Shown: in pieces, positions 50,860 to 64,000 of the stretch
How the letters are laid out: every line of letters begins with the position of its first letter
Position numbering within the stretch: position 1 is the first letter of the stretch
NCBI GenBank assembly: GCA_015680685.1
Contig: MNCI01001005.1
Span: forward strand, 203,438-267,437
DNA length: 64,000 nt
Reading direction: 5' to 3'
Source: Gnetum montanum
Lineage: Eukaryota; Plantae; Gnetophyta
Translations under genes and position numbers: made by a program
The notes under the pieces: generated by a model
Database searches by the model: none
Told to the model about the DNA's origin: nothing
What the model saw: only the letters and a program-made list of their open reading frames with translations

Positions 50860-53800
50860 AGACATGATAGTAAGGCTATAGAGTTTTCCAGCTATCCTAC
50901 TTAGTACATCCACCACCTTGTTCCCTTTCACTAGAAGATATTGGATTATGAAATCAAAATATGTCAAGAATTCTACCAATCAATTTTGTGTCATGTTCAA
51001 TTATGGTTTATTCATAAGGTGTTATAAACTCTTATGGTCTATTCAAAATGTAATCTATTCATTATACAAATAATATCTCCAAACCTTAAGAGTTAAGCTA
51101 ATATTACCAGGCTCTAGATCATGAACTAGATATTTGATCTCATACGGTTTCATCTACCTAGAAGCATAGGTCATTAATTTTCCATATTGTATAAAAAAAA
51201 TCACCTAAATATTTTCCTAAAGCATTTGTGTATATGTTGTAATGCTTACCAAGAACTACTAGAATCAAGATAAGGATTAATACCAATCACTATTCCAGCT
51301 TCTCAAAAGCGTTCTAACAAGCATCTAACCAAGAGAAAGCATAATCTTTCCTGAGCAACTTATCTAGCGAGACTACAATCTTAGAGAAATCCTTTATAAA
51401 TTTCTTCTAATATCCTGCTAAAGTCAATAAACTTTTAACTTTATTCATCATGGTTGAAACAAGTTAATCTTTAATCACTACTATCCTAGAAAGATCCATA
51501 AGTATACCTTCTCCCAAAACCACATGATCAAGAAGCTCTATCTTTGTATTCAAAAATGCACACTTATAAACATAACCGTACAATTGCTGATCTCTCAAAT
51601 TCTACAATCCTACTCTCAAGTATTTCTTATGTGCCTTTTCATTCTTAGAGTAAATCAAAATTTCATCAATAAATATAATGATAAATTAATATAAATAAGA
51701 ATGCATCAAATTATTCTTTAAATGCATAAAAAATTCTAGTGCATTAGTGAGTTCAAAAGAGAATAACTAAGAACTCATAATAATTGTATCTTGTTCTAAA
51801 GGTTGTTTTAAGTATATTCTCTTCTCAAACCCGAATTTGATAATAGTTAGAGTTTAAATCAATCTTAGAAAATACCTTAGCTTCTCTCAACTAATCAATC
51901 ACATCATTGATCTTGGATAGAGGATATTGATTCCTATCTATCACTTAATTCAACTATTTGTAATTAATACACAACCTTAAAATGTCATCCTTCTTCATCA
52001 AAAATAGCACTAATGCCTCCCAAGGTGAAACACTTGATTAAATCATGTCTTTTCCCAATAGTTCATAAAGTTGTACTTTAAGCTCTATCAACTCCACCAA
52101 AAACATCTTGTAAGATGTCCTAGAAATTGGTTGAGTTTAGGCTTGAGTGTAATCTCAAACTCAATCTCTGTTTAAGGAGATACTCTAGAAATTTCTTTCT
52201 TAAATACATTTAAGAACTTTAGAACCACTAGGATATGTGCTATCTTCTTCTTAGTATCCTCATGTACCAAGATCTTATAACAACCATGACCATTCTTAAG
52301 TACCTATTGAAGCTTCTTGATGGTTAGAAGGTCAAGCTTAATCTTACAATTCAACCATTCATCATACTTCGTAAGCCAATTCATATCAAGAATCACATCA
52401 TATTCTCTAAGTTCCATCACTATCTAATCACTACATCACCTATTACCTTATATCAACATCTCTAAAACTACCATACTAGGAGAATGCATTTTCTAAATTA
52501 CTAGGGGAGAACACATGGGTGAAGGCTTATGCTATAAATGGATCATAACTCTAGGTTCCATAAAAGAATGATTGGCTCCAAGGTTAAACAATATTTAAAA
52601 AAGAAGTCATAAATATTACTTGTGGTATTCATGACAGTGTCGGGTTGTTTATCCAAAGGTTGGTCTATCAAATCATAGAATCTACACTTATATCTTAATT
52701 TCTTGATTATAAATTTCTTATTCCATGAGTTTTTCACTCCATCAGTTTGGTTCTTAACTATTTTGTTTGGGCACTTCTAGCTCTTGTATTTGGGCTTACC
52801 ATAAGAATAGTAATTTGGACACTTACACCTAAGAGGTTGTATCTTTACTACACATATGGCACATGGAAGGGAAGTTAAAACGTCTACTACTACTGGTACC
52901 TCCAAGAGTCCTAGCCTACTTAGAACTACCAAATTGTCTCATGATCTAAGATATCCTCTTGACCTAATTTGGTTTCTTCTTCTTACTGAATCCTATAGCC
53001 AATGCCATAGTATAAGGTATCTCATACTTAGTCAAATCAAGAGGAATCAAACCTCTATAGAGGGTTTAATCATTCCATCAATAGCATGATTGGTCATCTA
53101 TTCCTCATCATCCTAAAAGTGAGGTTCAAACTACACTAACTAGAGGAAGTTTATAACATACTCAGAAAGATTAATATCTCCTTGCTTCAAGTTGGATAAC
53201 TTCTTAGCCTTGACTCTTAGAAACTCCTTGGATATGTATCTCTCTTTGAAGGCTTTAAAAAATTTAGTTCATTATATCTATCAATGCATCTAGTTGCTAG
53301 CAACCTTGGTTATCTACCACTACTGGTTGGCTACACCCTTAAGTTGATGGGAAACCAAATCATTTTTATTATATTGAGGCATAACCCATTAATTCGAAAG
53401 AATCTTCCACCTCACATAGCCACTTGAAAGCTAGTAATAGATTTTCAACACTATCAAAAGATGGGGATTTCAACTTCATAAACTACTCCATAAACACTTA
53501 CTCAATGGATCTTCTACCACTAGTGTTTGAGTAATTAGATTGGCACTATTCACCATTTTTAACATTAAACTAATTCTAACTCCTTAGGTAAGTAAACATT
53601 CTTCCTCATCATATCATTTTAAGAGACTTTTCCGTTGGATTGATTGAGATTTTCCCTATTCGTAATCTCAGAGATACCTCTTGATAACATCCTACATCAT
53701 AAATCTAAGAATACTTAACAAACCTTTAGCTTTGATACCAACTTGTAATACCCTACTAACTATGCTCAGCCTAGGAGGACATTACTTAGATAAAAATTGA

Positions 53801-56102
53801 AAAGTGCAAAAAAACACAATATTTCATAATAAAATCAAATGGATGCCAAGAAAATTCAATAGGAAAAAAAAAGTAGGCATCCATGAAATAAGTGCATAGG
53901 AGAAAGGAGAATTTTGCAAAATACAAAACATTATACAGAAATACAAAGAAAATAACACCATGCATACAAAACCTAATCTTTTCACTAAGAAAAATAGGAT
54001 GTGTTCCTATTACCCAATCTAAAAATTATAATAAAATGCTGGAAATATTACAATGGAAATTAAATACAGATAATACAATATAATGCTAAAATAACAATTA
54101 ACTCAAAAAGATCGTTAGGCTTTAATGTTGGATATAATCAGCCAATTTTCAATAACTACATAATAATAAATGTAACATAACTAAAGATCAAAACAAAAGT
54201 CCAAAGATAGGCAAAGAATAGTACATAATTTCACATATAATAGCAAACTCAACAATTTTAATTGAACATTACAACATAAAATCACAACTTAAGATACAAC
54301 CATAATGGTAGAAATAATTAAAATCTAAATAGAAATTTAATCATCAATTGTTTCTTCTGAATCATCCTTATCACAACCAACATAATTACATAGAAATCAA
54401 AGAAAATAAAGGAAATTAGTTCTAAGATTGAGTAAGAGAAATAACTAACAAAAAAAATGCCTTATGGATTTGATTAGAGACTCAAGTTGCTAGACAACCA
54501 TACACATGGAGTAGTTGCAAATAAAAGTTACCTAAAGAAACACCAATAAAATACAACTAGATAGTAAATAATAATACTAATAATCATAATAAAGATCTAG
54601 CAAATTAATATTCAATTAATTGAAATTTCACCACTACCCATTAACCAAACAAATCAAATAAAAAAATTGTATTTACCAAGCTATGCTTCCCACATAAGGA
54701 CTTAGCACATTACCATGATATGCTTCATCTGTGGTCACAAATTGTTAATGTTACTGAAAAATCAAATCTAATGTTAAATGATTAAATGTCAACTTAAAAA
54801 AATCAATAAATTCGAAGATAATGGAGAAATGAAGCTAAAGTAATCAAAGATGAAAAATAAAAATTGTTAAATCTCTGAATGTTAAACTAAACCAAGACTA
54901 AAATGTATATTCTAATGAAAATTTGAAAACACAAAAAAATTCCAAATATGGAACTTAAGCTCCTATAGGTCCATCTAAGCTCCTAATGATTTTCATGTGG
55001 CTTCAATCTCCCAAATAGGCTCCAAGTCCTAGGCAAAAATTGCAGGTCAATGATGAGATCTAAGCAACATCTAAAATGAGATCTGGAATTATGATTTATA
55101 CTAGGTTCTCATTGAAAGTGCAAATCTAGATCTAACTTCATCTCCAAACTAGCAAAGTCTCCTTCTTTGGCTCTATCACCTAAATGTTAGCTATGCAATT
55201 AGTTGATCTCTCATAGAATAGTTGCTAGGTATATATTTATTTACAAGGGTTTGGTGGCATTGGGTTAATGGAGATCTTATGGTAAAAAAATAAATTAAAA
55301 AGAAATTCTAATCCTAAAATTATTTTTAAATAATTTTCTAACATTGGTTAGTATCCAATGCTGGTCTATTCAGCATCTCCTATAAGAAAATAGCTATGTT
55401 TCAACCCATTCTTCTAGTTCTGTTTGAGTCCAACCTATTAATAAAGTCCAATGTAAAGAACATAAGCAATAAAAAGGCTATTATGAGACCCTCTAAAACA
55501 TCATCTAAAAAAACTAAAAATTAAAAATAAAATATAAAAATATAATTTTACCAAAAAATAGAAATTATCCAAACAAAGTGTACCAAAACCAAAGTAATAC
55601 CCCATGTGCCAATGACACATGCACTTCCTAGTATCTACTAATCCAAAATTCTAACAAAAGGTTACTATACATATGATAAAATTAAAGGAAAAATTCAAAA
55701 ATGTAAAATATATAGAAAATACTAAAAATAATAAAAAAGAAAATAAAACTAAAGAAAAGGAAAATCAAACATTAATATATATTATAAGAAAAGAGGCATT
55801 TAAAAAGAGGATAGTAATACCCTAGTAGTATGGATCTTAGTTTGGTAACCCAGGTCAAGAGTTTGATTCTACTAGGTAGCATTGAGTTATAAACTTCTAT
55901 AAATCTTAGGATGTAGCTATGTTTCAACTATTTCGAGTTCCAACACACCCAAAAAGAGGATAACAAAGCACATAGCTCAAACCACAAAAAGCATAGGCAA
56001 CTAAAAGAAAAGGTTAATAAAGTATAAGACATAGGTTAGTAAACAAGACATCAAGGATTCAAATGACCAAGGAATAAGAGTATCTAAGATAAGGGTGTTA
56101 CA
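50860..56102 (-). mobile_element. Decayed Tekay/Del-like element: 5' LTR 53744-56102, PBS, gag-PR-RT-RH
   Basis: LTR ends TGTAATACCC and GGGTGTTACA; PBS TGGTATCAAAGC (53729-53740); minus-strand SPWEALVLF, IIFIDEILI, KGNKVVDVLSR. Confidence 0.8.
55601..55631 (+). mobile_element. Helitron-like 3' terminus
   Basis: Hairpin CATGTGCC-AAT-GACACATG followed by CTAG|T, then ATCTACTA resembling a Helitron 5' end. Confidence 0.55.
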
Positions 56103-56597
56103 CTAAGATTTTTGACTTTTTTCTTCTATAAGAAAGACCTTACCTAGATTTACTAGAAGGAAACAATTATTACCATTACTCATGTAGGTGTTAGGTAATG
56201 ATTCCCTATGTTTCACTATTAGGTGGTAACACTTTGGTCTGAGGTTAGGTGCACTCTTGGATTGGGAAATGAACCCAAGAGTATAAGCTAATAAGAGTAT
56301 CTACAAGAGCACACCCAAGAGGAATGGGAAGAGGACCCACCACAAAAAAAAAAGTGAAAGCAATGGTTATTGGATACCTACCCTTACCAGAAAACGTATC
56401 TCTTTCTTAGATGAAAGAACTACCTTTCTTTAGCACTTTTAACTAGTCACATCTTGGCATGTGCTAGCCTACGTATAATGGCTAGGTAGGTGGTTATCCA
56501 CTAGTGTAATTGGGATGGAAATATATCTAGAAAATAAGCTAAAAATTCTTGCAATCACCCCTATAATATCTCACATATTTAAAATATGTAGTAAGTA

Positions 56598-57245
56598 GTT
56601 TTTTCCTATTGCTCTCCATGCTTGGAAATAGACATCTAGAATTTATAATAACTTTCAACTGATCATTAATGAAACCATTCTTGATATATAACTTGCTTTG
56701 TCTACTTCTTTTCTTTGCATTTGGAAATGTTTTCCACTATTTGTTCTATACTCTATTTGGAAGCTTCGATGTGTAGATATTTTGTAGTAACAGGAGCATA
56801 ACTATGGCATCTCTTTAGAAGTTAAATACCAACTACTTTAAAATATTGCTTTTCAACTACAACTTCAAATAAAAAATTCTCCAAGTGAAAGTTGAATAAT
56901 TCATTTATTTTCTATATTATTAATTTCTTTTTTATTTTACTAGCTCAAGGATGGAAAGTTTTTTTGCTTTTGTTGTTATTTGTTCTTTAATTGTGATTGA
57001 TGTGTTATTTTATGTTTAGAGAAAGTTTTCTCCATTTTTTTTACAAGTAATCCTTGAGTAAGATTGAAAACTGTAAAGGAGCTTTTAAATAAGGGCAAGG
57101 TACAATCCTTTTCTTACCCCATACGAGAGGTTTTTCAGAATTGGTTGTAAGGATGAAAACTTAAAAAAGCATTTCAAAACCATTAGGCTTTTTCTTTAGA
57201 CTCTCTTCAATTATATATAATTTTTTAAATATTATTATTCATTTT
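56598..57245 (+). repeat. Dispersed ~650-bp repeat (partner 24380-25040)
   Basis: Colinear similarity with 24380-25040. Confidence 0.8.
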
Positions 57246-57544
57246 TTAAAGCCTAAATTTTTTAAAAATAAAAAACTGGGTAAATCCACCTCTATGAAAG
57301 TTAACCTTTTGGTTTTATTTTGTGTATTTTTTAAAAAAGTTAGATAGCGGGTCACAACACTAACATGGCATCGAAAATTTATTGAATAAATAAAACGACC
57401 GGTTGGAAAAGACTTTTCTAACGACTTTTTATTCGTTAGGAATCCTATAAAAGTAACCGGCACCATTTGATTTCTTGGATAGCCAAAGCTCCACTTCACT
57501 CGCACACAGACTGAGCTGCTCTAACTGACACCGAAATTCGTCAT

Positions 57545-57625
57545 AATCTACCGTTCTTGTACTTCCTAATTTCTATCATCTACCGTTTCTTGTGCTTCCG
57601 AATTTCTTTCATCTACCGTTTCATC
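57545..57625. repeat. ~33-bp tandem repeat (2.5 units)
   Basis: (TC)ATCTACCGTTTCTTGTRCTTCCKAATTTCTW repeated. Confidence 0.75.
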
Positions 57626-58061
57626 TTCCGTTTTTGTTTCTCCATACGCTTTGGTTACATTTGATCGGCCACAGTCCGCAGGTGCCGCCATTGCAAATAA
57701 CAGCGGTGGGGAACGTTTATGTGAAGGTTGCATGGGGTAGGAACATAACAATGGAAGATTAAATTAAATCAAGGTTGGATAGGCCATCGTAATCAGGATT
57801 CAGCTATAAAATCAAGATTCAGCTATTAATGTGTTTCGGCTTTACTTTCAAAATGGACAATTTGTACAAGGATAACTATGTGAATTCAATCAATTTTTGA
57901 CATATCTACTTAATTTTATGTATAGAATTTTAAAACTAAAACCGGATTTACCTTATTTTGCATCGTAGCCGTTCTTTTAGAGATGTTTTTAATTAAAAAA
58001 ATTTAAGATTTCATGGGGTTTCCATTAATATAATATCATGTCAAGATATCAAATTTACCTC

Positions 58062-58195
58062 TGCATTTTGGCAAGTTTAGCAAGAAGATATAGGCCTTAA
58101 ATTAAATTCAAGTTCTACTTATAATGTCTAAATAGATGGGCAAACTGAAAGAGTATATCAGGGATGAGAAATCATACTCCAAAACTATGTACTTC
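58062..58195 (+). pseudogene. Short gypsy integrase core fragment
   Basis: FWQV*QEDIGLKLNSSSTYNV*IDGQTERVYQ...LQNYV. Confidence 0.7.
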
Positions 58196-59894
58196 AATTT
58201 CTCGTTAGCATTCCTGTTGCAGTTACCTCCATTGTTGTTGTTGTTGTTCCAGTTTGTGGCAATGAATGTTGAACCTTGGTGCTCTGATCATGGCTTGGAT
58301 TCTGTTCTTGGATGATTCCATGTATGATTAGCTTGATGAATAGAAGTTTCTGCGCACAAGTAGGGGTAGATTTTACCGAATTTGGATGCCAAGCTACAGT
58401 AACTCTCTCTCTCTGCGTGCGTGCAGTGGAGATTTGGTTGAATCCTGGAAGGAATGGGCTGGTGCAGGTTGCTTTTATAGTATGGGAAAGGTACCATTAA
58501 AAAGACGTTTTAAAATTACTCTTTTATATAATAAATTTTATTTTGCAATTTTATCCAGGCTATTTGAAAAAAACTTAAATTAGGAAACTCTGGGCTGTAG
58601 CATGATCCTACTAGTTCAGTGATACAAGAAGGTAAATGTGATCCATTACAAGAACTATGCAAACTATGTTAATATTTTAACCCCTTTCAACAAAAAACTT
58701 TTCCTACAACTGAATTTATGTTTATCTTTTTCCTTTTCAAAAAATTGTATATCACTTAAGTTTTGATATTGGCTGGCCAAATCCATCCTAAGCTGACATA
58801 AAATTAAATTGGATCAACTTTTTTCTTATTTGAAGTCATGCTTTCATTAGTGTGCTTTGAAGTTAAGAAAGAGACAAGGGTATTCAAGCTTAGGTTTAAA
58901 ACTTTCATTTATGAAGCTTTCATGAAAATTGACATAATATAATGATTATTTTGTTAAATTTTTTGTGGAAAAACTCATGGGATTTAAGCGCAAAAAAATA
59001 AAAAAATAAAAAAGAAGAAGAAAGAATTAGTTCCTATTTTTAGCCTTTTGGAATTGGTTAGAGTTGGGGACATGGGACCTACAATATTTTTTAAATAATA
59101 TTTACCTTTAAGATATGTAATCAGATTAAAACTTTCAAACTTATTATTGCTCCCTAGAATTTAACCCATAACTTAAAGTTACCAAATTAAGAGCCTTACC
59201 AATAGGTTAAAACCTCATTGTAAAATAAAATTAGAGTAATTTCACTTAACAAATGGGAAAAGGATATTCTTTTGTTAGCTCATGAGTTTAAATCTCTCAT
59301 AAGGTACACATGGTAGTTACTCTTATGTTTCACCATTCGCCCATAACTTAACATTACCTACTAGAACTAAGGTTGAGGGGAGAGAGGGGAAAAAGTACTC
59401 GAATGTAATAATACTGCTCTACATAAGTACTACCCCACATGACCTTTGAGTTCTAAAGTTTTCAAATATTCTAGAATGGACTAAAAATGGGCTGCATCTC
59501 AATACATACATATACACAAAAGATTATAGAGAGCACTAGCACTCACATCAAGAGAGCTAAGACACACCCCTCTCCCACATGTATCTAACCCTATACCCCA
59601 TTATCCATATAGTAGGGGTAATGTGAAAGCTAATGGCTAAAGCCCCAATAGCCTACATATTTTTGTGACGTAATCTTCATATTTCTTTTAGCTTCCATTC
59701 TAAAACGGAAGCAACCTTCGAACCACTAATAAGGCATACTCTCTATACTCTTTTTAGTTTAAAAGAAGCAATATTCTTAAAACTTCAATCTTTGTTCATA
59801 TATTTCCCAATTGTTGAGAGTAAAGTAGGTATCATGAGTATCAAATAACTCAAAGCCCATCCAACAATTATAGACAAGAAGGCTCAATGACTAG

Positions 59895-62109
59895 TGATGA
59901 GCGGTAGGGTATTTCAACACTCTACTATACAAGTCACGAGCACACATGCACAACTAGATCATAATTCATGGATGGACAATGTAAGTATGCTAGAAGTTGA
60001 TAATCGATTCATGATCATTCTCTTCCCACTTTGAGTTAGTGAATTCCAAGTGTATGGTTTAACTCTAAGTGAAGAATATGATATCTAGATGTTGTTGGTT
60101 GATGTTACTTCTAAGTGCAAACATATTGAAAATGAGAATTAATTCTAAGTTTAAGTGATAATAGAAATGCAAATCTACTCTATCCTATGATGATGAGCAA
60201 TTGTTCTTGGCTTGCCATACAAGTCTTGGGCTCATGTAACTGTTATTGGATTACCATGTATTATTCTATTGGAAAACCGAAGCAATAACACTACTAGGAT
60301 TACCAAATGATTACACTTATAGGCTTGAAACCAATCGTACTCCTTCCACCTTACTAGTAAATGTGAAAAGTAAATTATTTTAGAAATGTAAACAACTATA
60401 CTAAAGTAAGCATATTAAAGAAATTACAATTAAACTAAGTAAAGAAATTAGATAAGTAAAAAAAAGAAACTAATTGAATGTTGCAATGATGGAAAACAAT
60501 CTCGATCTTTATTACCATTCATGAATTGTGGCCAAGTATAATCCACTCAAATAAAATTTTTTTCAACTATTCAATACCACATTGGAGGCATTCACTCTAT
60601 TGCTAAGTGTAAACTATGAAAACAAACTACTTTTCCCTAAGACTTGAAATGAAAATTTATTGGTGCAATCAAGTGTCGATATTTATAAGGGTGAATAAGA
60701 CCCATTACATCATATCAACAGTGACATATGTAGAGCTACAATGTTGTAGATATGATATTGTAAATGTGATATCATAGATATGATATTGTGGCTCATCAAA
60801 AATAGGTTTTATCATACCCCCACAACTAATAAGAAACTTTTCCTTAAGTTAAATCAAAAGGAGGATAGAATTCCTTACAAAATTAAGAGGTATACTCAAA
60901 CTATGACATAATGAATTATTTACATGACTACTTGACTCTGAATGCTTCATTGTGGTTGAAGTGATGTTTTATAAAATCATCATACATAGCATGATGCATA
61001 CAATTGACAGTAAACAAAACAAAACAAAATAGAATGAAAGATCTTGAGGCAGTCTTCAATTTCCTGATAGTGGTGGCTCCTCCATCAGCTTCTATTCCTT
61101 GTCATTGGGCTTTTGGAATTAGTAATGGTTAAGAAATACCCGAAGCTTCTTTTCCTCTAACCTAGGATCATGTACTGTCCATGCAAATTCTGTAATGTTT
61201 GATGACATTGGTATTTCTCATTGGCATTGTAGCTATAGAAACATCTTATTTTCTTTAACATACCAGGCCACAAATTTCCTTCTTTCTTCTTCAAATTCTT
61301 TGGTCACCTTTCAAAATTCTTGATAATTAGTCATTTGATGGATTAGGTTTGCTGGTATGTCCTTATAACCTTGGTAGCTAGCTTTTAATATTTCTAATTT
61401 AAATTTTGCAACATGTAGTTTCTTTAGACATCTTTTCTATCTACAAACTCCTTTTTGTATAATGTACACATGGTAGCTACCTATTTCTCCAGCTTGTTTC
61501 TTGGTCTACCTTCTATTAACACGGCTAGATTAGAATACTAGAGATTCACTAATCTCATGCACTCTATGAGATCCTTAATCTATACATCTTTATTCTTCAC
61601 TTTAGCTTCGTGGACATGGGTGATGCTATCTAGAATTGGCTACCAATTTTGTGTCTATGTTGTGATTGAACTAATTTTTGGCTTTGGCCATCTAGAGTTC
61701 TTTTATAATAATTTGTTTATACATGCCCACCTGGTCTATAAAGTGTTCCTTGAACCTTTCATGCTTCTTAACCTCATTCAGAAATGCACTGATATCAATA
61801 GCTAATTTTTGTCTAATAGTGCAAACCTTTTCCACTAAAAAGGTTTAGTTCTCTTTGGCCAACTTGTTCATGTTTTAGTTGACTTTGATAAATTATCCCT
61901 CCTGTTAATGAATGTTTTCTTTGAGAATATTTTTCTACTTGTTAATATCTATCAACTGTGTATTATTAGTAGCAAGTTTCTTATTCTCTTCTTCTAAGGA
62001 AGTGTTAGCTTTAACATGCACATATGTTTGTGCTTATACCATAGATGTATTCCACACAACCTTCTTCTTCTCTATCTCTACTTGAATATTTCTTACTATG
62101 AGCTACCTT
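59895..62109 (-). mobile_element. 3' part of Athila-like element: 3' LTR 59895-60814, PPT and decayed coiled-coil accessory ORF (~61040-62109)
   Basis: TGATGAGCGG LTR end; TTAGTTGTGGGGGTA|TGATAA PPT junction on the minus strand; Lys/Glu-rich reading frame; cut at the N at 62110. Confidence 0.75.
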
Positions 62110-62110
62110 N

Positions 62111-64000
62111 CTGGATCATGTGTGAAACACTCGTATTTGTATGGTTGAGTGTAGGGGTACCTCGCCACTCATCATTGGTGCCGTTGCTGAGGACTTAGTT
62201 ATTTGTGCGCTAAGTAGAACATAGGAAATTATTCACATCATTAAGAGCTAAAATGAACCCTTAGGGTTAATCAAGAAAAAACATAAGATAATGGTAAACA
62301 ACACACCGAATAAGAAAAACATGTCTTCTTCTCCACACAAAAGCACTTCACCGCCTAGGACCAACACTAGAGATAGTCGGTGGCACCATGCACATAATCA
62401 AAATCTGCTAGTTCCTCAATAATTCAGTGTGGTATATGTTCATCATGATGAATATATACCTGACTTTACCTTTATCTTCCATCAAGATGAACAACTGCAT
62501 TGGAGAGACTTGGAGGGTAACATAGTGTTGTCTCCAGATAGAGTCGTCCCCAACATTCTCCTTTTTGCCCTTGCATGAATTGACATGTCGCAATTATACA
62601 CTGAGTACATTGCATGTGATTACAATGTAAGGAACTACCATCCCATAGAAGCGCAATGTCAACGAGACTTGTGGTAGGAAAGTTACCACACATCGTTTAA
62701 GGGCAAAGGACCCCATAATGCTTCACCCATCATAACAGAAATTAACAGGTTCTTCACAAAAAGATGTTCCCCCTTCTAATGATAGTGAGGAGGTGGTGTA
62801 TCAAAACCTTTGCTCCACAATAGACAACCCTAGTTTTGATTCCCACAAACACCAAGTGTTCAATGAAGGAACACAAACACAAGATAAGGGAAAGAATTCT
62901 GATCGTCATCACAATTGGGGTTGAGATCACCAAAGGGAAGGTAGGAAACATTGTCATGGTGATGATTCACCTTCCTCTTCCTCTTCATTGCAACATTCAC
63001 CCTCTCCTTTAATGTCGGGACACAGTCACCAGGAACCTCATCATGAGGACAAGGGTAAGAAAAATGAGAAACCTTGACAAGAGAGTCGAGAGTGAGGACG
63101 AGGGCACTCTAGGGAATCAAGGCATGGAAGAAGGGAATGTAGGGAACCACGTAGACATCATAGATTTCATGAAAGGAATAACCATGACAAACCCCTACTT
63201 GCAACCTAAAGCATGTTAGACATCATGGAGGCTATTAGAATACATACAAGGCACCAAAAAGATAGTCGGATTAAGAGACTAGACATGAATAATATTCCAC
63301 AATTTGAGGGGGGATACAACGCTAATCAGCAGAATCACTTACAGGCATTTCACGATGCCTGTGCCTTGAAGAACATTGAAAACAAGTGGCAAAAGTTAAA
63401 GTTATTTCCAAGGATACTTATAAAAGAAGCAGAAAGCTAGTACTGGTCCTTAGAATCAGAATCCATTCGAAGGTGGAGTACGATGTTAGAAATATTTAAT
63501 AATAAATATCAAATGTACTCCCGAGTGTTCAACATGCAAAAGAAGATCCAAGGATGGAATCAGGGTAATCATGAACCCTTGGATGCTACCATGGGATGAT
63601 ATTATGCATTGCTACATCATTGCCTGAGCCATGGTTATGCACAATGGGATGAACTACGCCATCTCGTAGATGGGCTATGACATGAAACCCAGAGAACCCT
63701 TGAGACATATGCCCAAGGGAGATTATCTAAACTTAGGTTCCATGAGGTTCATATATTGTTGGAGAAAGTAGCTAAGGAAGAAGGAGAGCTACGTAAGAGA
63801 GAAAGTGTAGAAGAGTATAACTGTGATCCTTCCCTCTAAAAGAGGGGAGTGAGATTCTGTGAGGAGGAGGATGAGTCACCACTCAAAGTGTTGGTGAGTA
63901 GGAAAACCTTGCTGCTTCAAAAATTAACAACAGAAGTGTCAGCTAAGGTAGATCAAATGTGGGACTCCTTAGATAGTAGATTTGAAACTGTTTTAAAAAT
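62111..64000 (+). mobile_element. Athila-like element 5' part: LTR end 62174, PBS, gag from 62321 (runs off window)
   Basis: CCACTCATCA|TTGGTGCCGTTGCTGAGGA; gag closely similar to 18600-20313. Confidence 0.9.

Noticed and set aside
56990-57150. Helitron helicase C-terminus (VFS.../KEVF-like)
   Set aside because: Similarity needs several frameshifts and is not convincing.
58380-58430. miR529/miR535-like precursor
   Set aside because: Only a (GA)n tract; no exact mature match or foldback seen.
62100-62120. Biological fusion of two opposed Athila-like elements
   Set aside because: The junction coincides with the N at 62110, a scaffold join.

Overview
Repeat-dense, AT-rich plant genomic DNA with heavy CG/CHG deamination, most likely from a large-genome land plant. 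No intact host gene is supported. The main feature (411-8589) is an endogenous pararetrovirus (Caulimoviridae) made of two oppositely oriented pieces. The minus-strand piece carries RNase H, an unknown C-terminal domain, the promoter/leader with two small hydrophobic ORFs, and the polyprotein N-terminus. The plus-strand piece carries the N-terminal acidic region, a 30K movement protein, capsid with zinc knuckle, protease and RT. Together they give a near-complete ~7.4-7.5 kb genome with an unusual layout: the tRNA-Met primer site lies inside the first ORF, and no TAV is seen. The two pieces also form an 848-bp inverted repeat. The rest of the window is a nest of Ty3/gypsy elements. At least six are pieces of one Athila-like family (tRNA-Asp PBS, TGATGA...TCATCA LTRs; two complete with 5-bp TSDs). 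This family has a long Gag N-terminal domain, a 3' accessory coiled-coil ORF, a conserved 60-nt intron-like module and hairpin repeats in the LTR. Also present: a chromovirus interrupted twice, a non-autonomous LTR element, a Tekay-like element, a 5'-truncated RTE LINE, degenerate tRNA-derived repeats, a Helitron-like 3' end, and a small CpG-retaining island with convergent TATA boxes. All calls were made by eye; no database search was run.
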